The notes under the pieces: generated by a model
The model's input: only the letters and a program-made list of their open reading frames with translations
Database searches by the model: none
What the model was told of the DNA's origin: nothing
NCBI GenBank assembly: GCA_030324005.1
Contig: JARDVH010000124.1
Coordinates: forward strand, 22,906,085 to 22,970,084
Reading direction: 5' to 3'
DNA: 64,000 bases
DNA from: Negaprion brevirostris
Lineage: Eukaryota
Made by a program: the position numbers and the translations under genes
Shown here: positions 48,074 to 59,322 of the stretch, in pieces
Position numbering within the stretch: position 1 is the stretch's first letter
How the letters are laid out: every line of letters begins with the position of its first letter

Positions 48074-50542
48074 TTCCCAGATCCTACAGAATTACGTAGT
48101 GACTTATTTTTGCTAAGGCACATTGTCTGGCCTTTCTAGAATCTATTTAGAAGTTACATTCCATATTGCTGCTGCGGCTGTCAAAAATTATCCCAGTGGA
48201 TCTGTAGCCTGTAATCTGTCTTGTACCAATAACCCAATTAGTGNNNNNNNNNNGCTGATTAATTTGAAGGCAAATGGCTTTATGCTCTTCTGAAGGTCTA
48301 TTTGCCGATTCTCTACAAATAGATTTTGCCTCCCAAATACAAGGCTCTACCCAACTCACTACACTGCACGTGTTGGTCATTATTAGGTGAGAGCTCTCAG
48401 AATCCTTACAGCACAGGAGGCCACTCGTTCCCCTCCTGTCATTTGTTACAAAGGAAGGTTTTCCATCTTTTCCATTGCAAAAGTCTGCACAAACCACAGT
48501 TCCTTCTGCCTGGTCTACAGAAGAGTGAGAAATCATGCTCTAGGAGCATATTAAAAAGGCACATGCTGTACCTGCGACCTCCATAAACAGATCACTAACA
48601 GAAATATAAAAATTCCATTTTTGTTGCATGTCAGGTTTACCGCATTTTCACAAATTGCAAATACACATGAAATAAAACTTCCATTTAAAAATCACTCTTC
48701 TGCTTCAAAATGTCCTGACCTGATACTAACTAGCAGGCACAAAAGGGGACAGGAAATTACATTCAAAATGCTCAGTCCTTGAATTTTTAATAATTCTCCA
48801 CTAACTGAAAAAGAAATCAGAAAAGTCAACAGAAAATGTTGATTGGCTAGTAAAAGTGTGAAGAAATGGATGAAGAAAAACATTAGTTCTGGAACCAAAG
48901 TACTAACCTAATTTCCTGTTAGTCTGCCAGTCTGACAGCCATTTTCATTAGCACAAAGCCAGTATTTAGTATAGGAGATTTAGAGTTACTGGTTATCCAA
49001 CCAGAAGGCCCTAGCTGTTAAAAGATGGCACATTAATTTATCAAAATAACCTATATTCAAAATTCTGATTAAACAAACAACAGGCCTGGGTATCTTAACT
49101 CAAACAGCCCCTTCTGTACTTTGGAATGCGGTTATATATTTTTAAAAACTGAATTTAGAAATAAATTTACAAATTCATAAGTGACCAACATGTCTTTCAG
49201 TAATGCACCAATCTTAATGTAACCATCTTTACTACATTCTGCGAAACTTCACTCAGCAATCTAACAATCACAACTGAACCTCCTGTTTGAGAGATTGAGA
49301 GTCTGTTTTGTTACTGGAAATCAACAAGTTGAATCTCGTCAGAGCAGTTTGAAAGAGCTTAATTGATCTTTTTGATAGACTCAAAATAAATCAAACCAGA
49401 TTGACTCACATGAGAACGAAACTTAATCCCACAGTCAGATCCATGTGAACAGAAACCAAAACAGCAGTTAATTTGGGCTTTATAACATGAAGCATGAGAA
49501 ATCCCAACTGATGTACAGGACAGCAGGGTTTTAGGTAATATCTGCAATAATGAATCTACTTGTGAGAATTCACAAATCAACAAATCTAATGAAAAATGAA
49601 AGAACAAAATTTAAGATAGACGCACATTTTTGGCAAATAAGGTCAATATCAAACACAATCTAACATCCAAAAGCAGCTCTCCCCCCATCTCGCTCCAGTC
49701 GTTCACCAAGTTACTAGCACTTAGCCATCAAGAGGTTAAGTCTTTGGAATCAATAAAGATTTGGCTATCTCAATTCAGCCAGCAAGCAGACCACTAGGTG
49801 GCTATCAGGAAAAAACATCTATTCAAAGCCACAGCGGAAGGAAAGGTTTCTCAACTCATCTGAATGCTCAACCTCAACATGCTGAACTGCTGCACTAAAA
49901 GGTTCGCATTAAGGCCCAAGTGAAAATTTCCTTTATTTCTAGGATATCTCCACAGAATTGCACTGTTGACCATAGTAGTTCACAGCAACAAGAATGAATT
50001 TTTCCATTCATTGCTAGAAATCAAGTAATTTAATGAAGCACAACTGGTGTTGATTAAAAATTCATCCAGATTATGCTGAAGTTTAATTTCAGATTAATGG
50101 AGCCTTGCAATAGATTTTCCAAGAATGGAATTCCAGGAAATTCAACGTTTCAAAATTCCCACACACATCAGTTTAGGATGATACATTCTTGGAAACACCA
50201 AATTATAGACACAAATTATGGTTATAATGTAAATCCAGACTGCAGAAACTGTGGTATCCCTCACAGAGGCCACTCATGGTGAAATTCACAGCTTTGCCTT
50301 CAAACAGAACAAGCAGTATCTCCAGCATTGAACACTCACTGTTGCAGACTCTCCTTGTCCGGAGTGAGCTGCTAATGGCTAGATGGCAAATACCTCTTGG
50401 TTTGAATCTGTGCCAGTTAGATCACCAATTACCAAGATTCAAACTCTTTGTGTCACTGTGATAAAAACAGGCAATANNNNNNNNNNNNNNNNNNNNNNNN
50501 NNNNNNNNNNNNNNNNNNNNNNNNNNNNNNNNNNNNNNNNNN

Positions 50543-50610
50543 TTATTGTCACATGTATTAGATTACAGTGAAAAATATTATTTCTTGCATGCTATACAAA
50601 CAACGCATAC
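50543..50610 (-). mobile_element. Rex1/Babar-like 3' tail remnant
   Basis: ttattgtcacatgtattagattacagtgaaaaatatt...ttcttgcatgctatacaaaca matches the tails at about 3635-3690 and 13925-13995. Confidence 0.65.
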
Positions 50611-53600
50611 ACTATGAATACCACAGGCAAAATAAAGATCATCCTAATATTTATAAAAGTGGCTTTATAAATTTAAAAAAGAATCCTGCAACTGTACTTG
50701 GCCATGGTAATGGAATCATATGTAACTGCTTAGTTTGTTTTACAAAGTATAGCCCTTTAGGAGTGTTATGAGTCTTACCCAAAGCTTCCTTCAACAAACC
50801 ACCTCCATTAACTCCCTTCAATTATTTGACATAAACCATTGCACCCTGCAGCAAACAGCCTGGAGAAATGTCCAAATTATGTTTAACAATGAGGAGGAAT
50901 GTGCATTAAATTTTATAACAACCTTTACATAGGAGTACCAGTAATGCCACATTGTCTATCGGACACACTCCCAGGGCTCAATCTAGCCTCACAAATACCA
51001 AAGGGAATGCACATACAACCACTAAGCTATGAAGCTCAGGTTGCCAATAACCTCTGTAAACAATTAGGGAAAGGGTTCACAATTTACGAGGCCTCAGGTC
51101 CCCAGCAACAATTCATAAATCACAATAAATCATAATCTGGTCCAGATTGCCCCTGCCGTCTTGCCAAGAGCTATGAAGTAAATAAGATCATCCTGCACCA
51201 GCCTGAAACAGAGCAAGGATCTCGACAATGAACCGGGACACAACATTAACTTGAGCACAGGACTGGAAAACCAAATAAGCAAATACAAATGAAATCAGCC
51301 GTTACCTTTTTCTTAGCTAAAACTTCCAACCCGCCACAGACACTGAGCAGGACTGAAAGTGATAGCATTGCAATCACAAACTACAATGCCAAGATTTATT
51401 TTGTCTCTTTTTTAAAAATAGAAGTGCCTGCTCTCACACATGCAAACTTTTAAATAAACTTACAACATCTCACAGCACTCTGAATACCAAAGTGAAAAAC
51501 AAAACTTCCTTTGTGGTAAGAATACCTTATAAATCCAACACTAACATTTAATCAGATGACTATCTGTCAAGGTTTACAATTAGCAAATCGTTTCGTTCCA
51601 TGAAAGATTACAAAAACCAAGGGCTTCATGATACGACCAGAGACTTTCTTACAAAATGTGACACAAATTGTTATCTTTCACAACATTTGAATGAATATTT
51701 CATTATTCCTCTCTTTCATTAACTCTAACTTATATTTCTCAAAGAAAAATACCCAAATACATTCTGTTCAAAAAAAAAGTTTTTCTGCATTGGTTAAAAA
51801 AAAAATCAAAGTCAAATGACTTTCTAAAATGACAGAAAAATCATAAGTTCCCAACTTATGGTCAGCTCACATCACAGTGCGAAAAATGACACGTCAGGAA
51901 TGTTGCCCATCACTACTGCCAATGTAAACACTGCCACACAAATATTCCGGGATCTTACGCAAACTAGAGATTAACTGACAAGTATAGACAAACTGATGTT
52001 CAAGGTAGGAGCTCCTGCAATAGGCATTTCCTACAAATACAGCAATAATATCACTGCGAGAAAACATTAATGCACAGTACAATTACCATACTGCTGGAAT
52101 GCACATCCTTTTCCAAAAAGCTACTGCTTTGTCCTGAAAACTCTGGCTTTTTTTTCCAGTTAAGACGCACAAAAGCACTTACCAATACTTGCAAAATTCA
52201 AAAGCAGTTAAACTTGGAAGCTAAAAACTTAAAATAGCCCAAGCCCACATTAAGGGATTAGATCCAATTTAAAGAAGAAATATTCTATAGATATGGAACT
52301 GAGTGAACACACACAGAGCCTTTTTTTAAAAAAGAAAATGAAGCCACTGACAGCATTTCCTGGACATTACATCCACAATTTCTCCCTGCACTTTCCTCGG
52401 GTTTTCCTTGTTTGACAGGCCAGTGAGACAAATTTTAGCAGTAGCCGACTCAAAGTTTTGATTCAACAAATAAATAAAATTCAAATGGAGCGACAATAAG
52501 ACACAAAATAAGCCTTAAGTTAGAGGCAGCTCAGTTCCAACACTTCCACCAGAAAAAAAATTCAAAACAAAAAGCATCAGATCAACAAACATAAAAACAC
52601 TTTTTTCTTGCTGTACCCTTTATTCCAAAAAACACTTCAAAGTACTTGTGGAACAGAATATATCAAGAAATGCTGAAAAAGCACAAAATAGGATGCTCAA
52701 CTTAATGCCTTCTTAAAAAAGTGCAAAATGTGGAAATCTCGAGGCACAACTTATATCTTAGATAATAAAATTATACATTACAACACTGTTACCAGGACAA
52801 CTCAGTAGAAATATCATGAATTGATGTGGCCCCATGTTATTGATGCACTGACCCCATTATCATGCGGTGACAGTTTTGGTTTGAACTCGTCACATCACAC
52901 CTTCCTTAAGAAAGCCAACTGAAAACAGGAGAACAAAATAAAACTGCAAAGGCGGGGTGTTTAGGAACTTCGAGTGGTCACAACTTGTATTTAAAAAAAA
53001 CACATTAATGAAGGACCCAACCATATAATCAAGATCAACAGACTACTTAACAATCAAAACCACAAACCAAGCCTCTAGTCACAGCCAGTTCATATGATTT
53101 CTAACACTCAGATAAAAAGCCACATAGGCTGAGGCTAGGGCAGTCATGAATTGAGTAATTTGAATTCAGAAACCTGCACATTTTAGATGTGTGGTTTCAA
53201 ACTGCGAACCAATTCTTCTTTTGGTCAAACCACTTATTTTTCAAATTTGCATACTGGGTTAATCACTCCCGTGACATATTCCCAAACAGTGCAGATTTTG
53301 TTTNNNNNNNNNNAATAATTCTGTTATTTAACTCTTTTAATGGATCACAGGAGTATTTCACCATTTGACTAAGTAAGGATTTGAATTTTTTTTGCAAGTG
53401 TGCTGTGTGTAAAGGACAACTCTCGCTGTTCATAGGAGTGGAAACAACAATGAGCATTCCAATTTAAATCTAGCAACCAAATATATACAGAAACAAATTC
53501 AGCTAGAAAGATTACGATGTATTGCATTGTAAACTGTACCATTGAGAAGGCAAAAAAAAAAATGCATTGTTGAAAAAATATGACGCCAAAAGGTTCATCT

Positions 53601-55964
53601 TAAATGTGCATTGTAATGCTCACAAGCAGCAACATTATACTCAACTTTTACTTTTCAGTTCATCTTCAAATTCCACAACTTTAGATTTCAACGAATGCAA
53701 AATAAATTATTGCACTGGAGTACAGACTTTTTTTTCGCGGGGTGGGGGGTGCAGAAAGAGTGGGAGAAACAATTATTCAAGCTCCAAAAGCTAGTTAGGC
53801 TTGTCTTTCTGCCTGAGGTACCTCCGGTTGTTGTATTTACACTGGACTGCTCCTGTAATATCAGTTAGTACATCTTTTTGCCATTTGAGCTTGTGAAACC
53901 TATTTGTACTAGCAGCTGGAACTGGGTACCTCTCTGCTGCTGTCCCAACAAGAAACAGCCAACATCTGCTTCAGCGCATCCAATCACTCTTAGCACATCC
54001 ATCCCCCTTTGACTAATGTGCACCGACACTCGTATATCACCTGCAAATTGGCCCAAATGAATTAACCAGTGCTCTGCTTAACATTACGAGATTTAAATGG
54101 ATTTTCTCTCTACAGGTCTCCTCAATAATTGCATTTATCCATCTTGTTGAAATACAGTTTACACTTGCTAACATCATTCCAATTCAAGCTACATTTTCTG
54201 CTCCAGTGGCAGGAACACTGGAGATTTGTCATCATATCATAACGGGTAATTCAAACAACAATTAGTTCTATGACTGCCCGTATGTCAACATCTGCTCCAG
54301 TAAGCGCAGCTTCAGTACCCCATACAGCTCGCTAAGATGAATTGTGCTTACTAGTTTTCAATTTGGATACAGGCTTAACAAGTCAAAGCTTCAAAAGCAG
54401 AAGGCTCGTTACTTTTTTTTTGAAACTTCACTGTTAAGGAGGAGAGATGCTGCAGTCTTAATTTATGTTACACTAAATATTTTATAAAATGAACAAAACA
54501 ATTTAAATTTAAAAACAGTATTTTTCTGAACAAGTCGTCAACTATATTTTTTTTCCCTAAAAAATCAAACTGGAACATCCTTAGTCTCAATCACTGGAAC
54601 CGGCTAAATACTTTAACTGTCAATTTGGGCCAGATTTTCTTTAGCAAATAAAAACTAAATAGGTGAGTAAAATATAGGAAGATGAGACCAATACAGTATA
54701 AAGCTTTCCTGTGTAATGCAAATACCTCAACTACAAAACTGGTTTCGTTCAGGCAATTATAAAATTGCTTTTGAAGCTAAACAGCACCCATTTGTAAAAC
54801 GCATCTAACTAGTGTTTCATGCATTAAGTTCGAAGATAAACAAGAACACAATTGATGAAACCCAAGGCTGGGCTAGGCAATGGTGTGCAGAAAAGAGCTG
54901 GTAATGAGCACTGCTAGACAGCTGAAGTCTCGTGCAGAATTGCTAGGAGATGAGTACTTCTGCATTCAAAAAATAGACTGGAACAATGTAACTAACTCCT
55001 AGGCAACAGCACCAATTCAGCTGTGTAAACACATGCTTTCTCTCTATTCTCATCTCCCCACCCCCTCAAAAAAATCCTCATTATCTGTAGAGCTCCAGAA
55101 ACTCCTCAACCCCATTACACACATTTCTGAACTATACGATACAATGTCAGCTGGGTACAGGATACGATTTCAATCGCTTTGTTTTCAGGTTTTCTGCCTT
55201 TAACATCTGAAATATTTACTGAGATTCAGGGGGGAGCTAATTAAAACACTACACAATCAGTTGACAAACAGACGAACAATAATAACATTTGACATGTGCT
55301 GGACAGAGGAACAATCTACAGGTGCTGTTTGCCACTGTTGATCGAAGAACAAAAGAGTAGCTGGTTTTGTTCTCTAACTTGCTGCCCAATACAGCTGTAG
55401 AACATGGAATCTGTGCTCAATATTCCTCACCTAACATGTTCCTGGGTCCAGTCAAATTGTCAAGAAAATCAGTGAATACAGACCAGGTACTACCCTCGAG
55501 CTTATGCTGGGTCACTTTTTTTCAGTCAGTAGAAACTGAAGGCATGTTTACGTTGATAGCATCTGTGCATCAGCTTTGCACATTTGCAGTGCTAACTCTT
55601 GACAAAATGCTGGTCTACAATTCTGCCACTTAGATAAGGCAGCCAGTTTTAGCAGTGCAAACGCAAGGAAGTCACATATGGATGGTACTCTCCTACAGTC
55701 AAAACTAAACAACTACAATGGAAAATAATCCTACAAGGCCAAGTAATGAAGCACACCACAAAGGATTGAATTCCCTCCAATAATATAATATGCAAGAATC
55801 TTAACTTTTGCACATACAAGAAGACAGCAGTCTGCACTTCCTGCAAAACAGTTAATATCACCAGCTGGAGTCACACTAAATCATACACAGGAGAGGTCAC
55901 TGGCTCAACACATGCTCTGTGCCAAGTTGGATGATCTCAGCCAAGCCAGAAACTTAGAAGACAG

Positions 55965-56560
55965 AAAACAACACAAGAAATAGAAGCAGAAGACCATATG
56001 GTCTGTCAAGCCTGCTCCACAATTCAGTGTGATCATGGCTGATCTTGGGTTTCAACTCCATTTTCCTGCCTGCTCCCCATACTCCTTAATTCCCTGAGAC
56101 ACCAAAAATCCATTTATTGCAGCCTTAAATGCTTTCAACAATGGTGCATATACAATCCTCCAAGGTAGAGAATTCTTAAGATTCCCAACCCTTTACGTGA
56201 ACTAATTTCTCAGTCCTAAATGGCTAGCCCCTTTTTCCGGAGGCTCCCTGACTGGCGGGGCTAATCTCTCAGCATTCACTCTATCAAGCCCTTTCGGAAT
56301 TTTGCAGGCTTCAAAGAGCTTGCCTCTGATTTTTCTAAACTCCAGAGAATATAAGCCCAATTTACTCAGCCTCTCATAGGATAATCCCCTCATCCCACAA
56401 AACAATTTAGTGAACCTTAGCTGTACCCGCCTCCACTGCCAGTACATCATTTCTTAAATGTGAAGACCAAAACTTGACACAGCATTCCAGATGCGGTCTC
56501 ACAAAAGCCCTGTGCAACTTTAACAAGACTTCTTCATTCTTGTATGCCAATCCCCTTGTC
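55965..56560 (-). mobile_element. CR1 LINE 3' fragment
   Basis: ORF 56202-56450 RVQLRFTKLFCGMRGLSYERLSKLGLYSLEFRKIRG, plus a CR1 tail. Confidence 0.88.
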
Positions 56561-57139
56561 TACATGCTCCTGCAGATGGACAGGGAAGGGGGGCTGTGGA
56601 TAACAAGAGTTGCCACTCAAGTTACGATCCCAACAACCCTAACTNNNNNNNNNNNNNNNNNNNNNNNNNNNNNNNNNNNNNNNNNNNNNNNNNNNNNNNN
56701 NNNNNNNNNNNNNNNNNNNNNNNNNNNNNNNNNNNNNNNNNNNNGTTGCCACTCAAGTTACGAGCCCAACAACCCTAACTTAAATCTGTGCATACTCTGA
56801 CTTCAGACAAGACTACCAATTTTAATTATTGCTGCTGTAATGAAATATCTATAGTGGTGGTCAACGCAGTGATGTATTTCCAAATAAAAATGTGTACTAG
56901 ACTGGATGCCTATAGAGAGTGGTAGAGGCTCAAGTCAGACAGTGCTCAATCAAGCTAATAAGACATTTAGCATAATACAGATTAAAATGCTGAATATACC
57001 ACCTCAACAGTCCAAAGTACAGCAACTTATTCTTTACTTATTTATATTAATTGATACAATGGGAAATATTTGGAATACATGTCAAAACATTTTAAGCTGC
57101 TTCAAACAATCAATTAATTTAGGAGTGCAATGACTGTTG

Positions 57140-57365
57140 TTATGTAGGAAACATGTCATCCTTTCTGCATTCTCCACAGTTCACAAATAAATTAGATGAA
57201 TACACAGTAATCATATTTGCTATAGTACTGGATGAGTGAAGAACATTGTTCCACAGTGAAAAGGATCCTGCTCTTCTACAAAATGTCATGACATCTTCAC
57301 CATCCACTTGAGTATGCAGATAGGGTTTCTGTTTAATGACACCATCAACAATGCAAATCCCTAAC
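57140..57365 (-). mobile_element. Degenerate Deu-domain SINE
   Basis: ctgttgttatgtaggaaacatg...cctgctcttctacaaaatgtcatgacatcttcaccatccacttgag...ggtttctgtttaatgac. Confidence 0.55.
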
Positions 57366-57480
57366 ACTAGTTCTACAAATGTAACCAGTCACTCAAATTC
57401 AATAAACCCAAAACAGTATTTTACAGTGGATTATGAAAATGGCAGGCAATTATAAACAGCAACAGTCCAGGTATCCACTC

Positions 57481-57800
57481 GCGGCATGGTAGCACAGTGG
57501 TTAGCACTGCTGCTTCACAGCTCCATGGACCTGGGTTCAATCCACAGCCTGGGTCACTGTCTGTATGGAGTTTGCACATTCTCATGTCAGAGTGGTTTTG
57601 GTCCCACAGTCCGAGGATGTGTGGGTTAGGTTGATTGGCCATGCTAAAATTGCCCCTTACTGTCCTGAGATGCATAAATTAGAGGGATTAGTGGGTAAAA
57701 TATGTAGGGATATGGGGGTAGGGCCTGGGTAGGGTTGTGGTCAGTGCAGACTTGATGGGCCAAATGGCCTCTTTCTGTACTGTAGGGTTTCTATGATTCT
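57481..57800 (+). mobile_element. HE1-like V-SINE, full length
   Basis: ggtagcacagtggttagcactgctgcttcacag...gggttcaatcc head, V core, tail gggccaaatggcctctttctgtactgtagggtttctatgattctat. Confidence 0.9.
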
Positions 57801-58024
57801 ATTCCTTCTATGATGACTATCTCTTCAACTATTTTTTTAAAATGCCTTGATTACCACACAATTAGATTTAGGAAAATCCTATTACACAAGAAAGGCTAGG
57901 TAGATGGTATTCAGGCCCTTAAAAGTGCGAGTTGATGTATACATTTTCACAAAAGGGTTTTCTAACTCTATGTACATAATAAACAGTGAATACATTTTTA
58001 GAAAATAAATTTATTAAAATAGGA

Positions 58025-58325
58025 GGAAGACAGTGGCATTGTGGTTTTGTTTCTGGATCAGTATTCCAGTGTAATGCTCTGGGGACCAAGGTTCCAATCC
58101 CGCCACAGCAGATGATGACATCGGAATAAAAATTTTGAAATAAAAGTCTAATGCTGACCATTGTTGATTATCATAAAAATCCATTTGGTTCACTAATGTC
58201 CTTTCAGGAAGGAAATCTGCCATCCTCACCTGGTTTGGCTTTTGACTCTTAAATGCTCCCTCAAGGGTAATTAGGGATGGACAATAAATGCTGACCCAGC
58301 CACTGACACCTCATCCCATAAAAGA
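58025..58325 (+). mobile_element. tRNA-derived SINE (second family)
   Basis: ggttcactaatgtcctttcaggaaggaaatctgccatcctcacctgg...agggtaattagggatggacaataaatgctgacccagcc. Confidence 0.8.
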
Positions 58326-58389
58326 ATTTTTTTTAAAAATCAGTCTATAGTCATGGGGTCCCTGGCAATGAAATTAGGACTGGCACTCG

Positions 58390-58548
58390 GAATCATAGAA
58401 TCCCTACAGTGCAGAAAGAGACCATTCAGCCCATCGAGCCTGCACCAAAAACAATCCTACCTAACTCCTATTCTTGTAACCCCACCTGCTAATCTCCCTG
58501 ACACAAGGGACAATTGAGTATAGCCAATTAACCAAAGATGCACATCTT
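58390..58548 (-). mobile_element. 3' part of HE1-like V-SINE
   Basis: atcatagaatccctacagtgcagaaagagaccattcagcccatcgagcctgcacc. Confidence 0.8.
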
Positions 58549-59085
58549 GGGATATAGTTTTTATATATAGGATGGGTATAGTTTATATATGCACCTTTGC
58601 TAAAGTTCTGCAAACTGTAAGACTTTTAAGTAAAAATCAATTCTTTGCTCTCATGGTTGCCCCATCCGAATCCCAAGCTTTAGGTTCCACACCAGATACC
58701 AATATTTACAACACAAACTGGGAACCTTTAGGAACAGCTATGCTCAATCCTGTATTATGTATGGTGCTGGTAGTTTTGACACAGAGTAGGAAAATTCCTC
58801 ATATCTTTGACATGCAATGACCTTCATTTTGAATGATTGACTGTGAAGTTATTTCTGCGGATGTATTGACAATGCTAAGTTTGGCTCAGCGGCTGGCACC
58901 ATCACCTCTGAATCACGAGACTGTTGGTTTGAGCTCTACTTCAGAACTTCAGCAATCCATTGCAGTGCTGAGGGAATGCTTCATTCATCGTTGTGAGCTC
59001 AGTGCTTTAGATGAAGCATTAAGCCAAAGTTCTTCTCNNNNNNNNNNAGATGCACTAATGTCCATCCCCTGCTCAGTTTTAACCA

Positions 59086-59322
59086 TGATGTGGAGATGCC
59101 GGTGTTGGACTGGGGTAAATACAGTAAGAAGTCTGACAACACCAGGTTTAAGCCCAACCGATTTATTTGATAGTAAGCTCACAAGCTTTCGAGGTTTCCC
59201 TCTTCGTCAGGTGGATGGCGAGTCATCCATCTACCTGACAAAGAAGGAAAACTCGAAAGCTTGTAAGTTTACTATCAAATAAATCAGTTGGACTTTAACC
59301 TAGTGTTGTCAGACTTCTTACC
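59086..59322. mobile_element. Penelope-like (PLE) pseudo-LTR-derived non-autonomous insertion, arranged as an inverted repeat with a 12-bp target-site duplication
   Basis: TSD cagttttaacca at 59074-59085 and 59323-59334; approximately 95-bp inverted arms at 59124-59218 and 59227-59321; each arm has a hammerhead-like motif. Confidence 0.75.
59180..59213 (-). ncRNA. Minimal type I hammerhead ribozyme-like motif (PLE-associated)
   Basis: Minus-strand RNA reads CAC CUGACGA A GAGG-GAAA-CCUC GAAA GC UU GUG: CUGANGA and GAAA core boxes, 4-bp helix II with GNRA loop, 3-bp helix I (CAC/GUG), palindromic AAGCUU in place of helix III. Confidence 0.6.

Noticed and set aside
56609-56780. 36-bp direct repeat (gttgccactcaagttacga.cccaacaaccctaact) separated by 100 N, superficially CRISPR-like
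   Set aside because: Vertebrate DNA, only two copies, the spacer is an assembly gap and there are no cas genes; an artefact or collapsed minisatellite.
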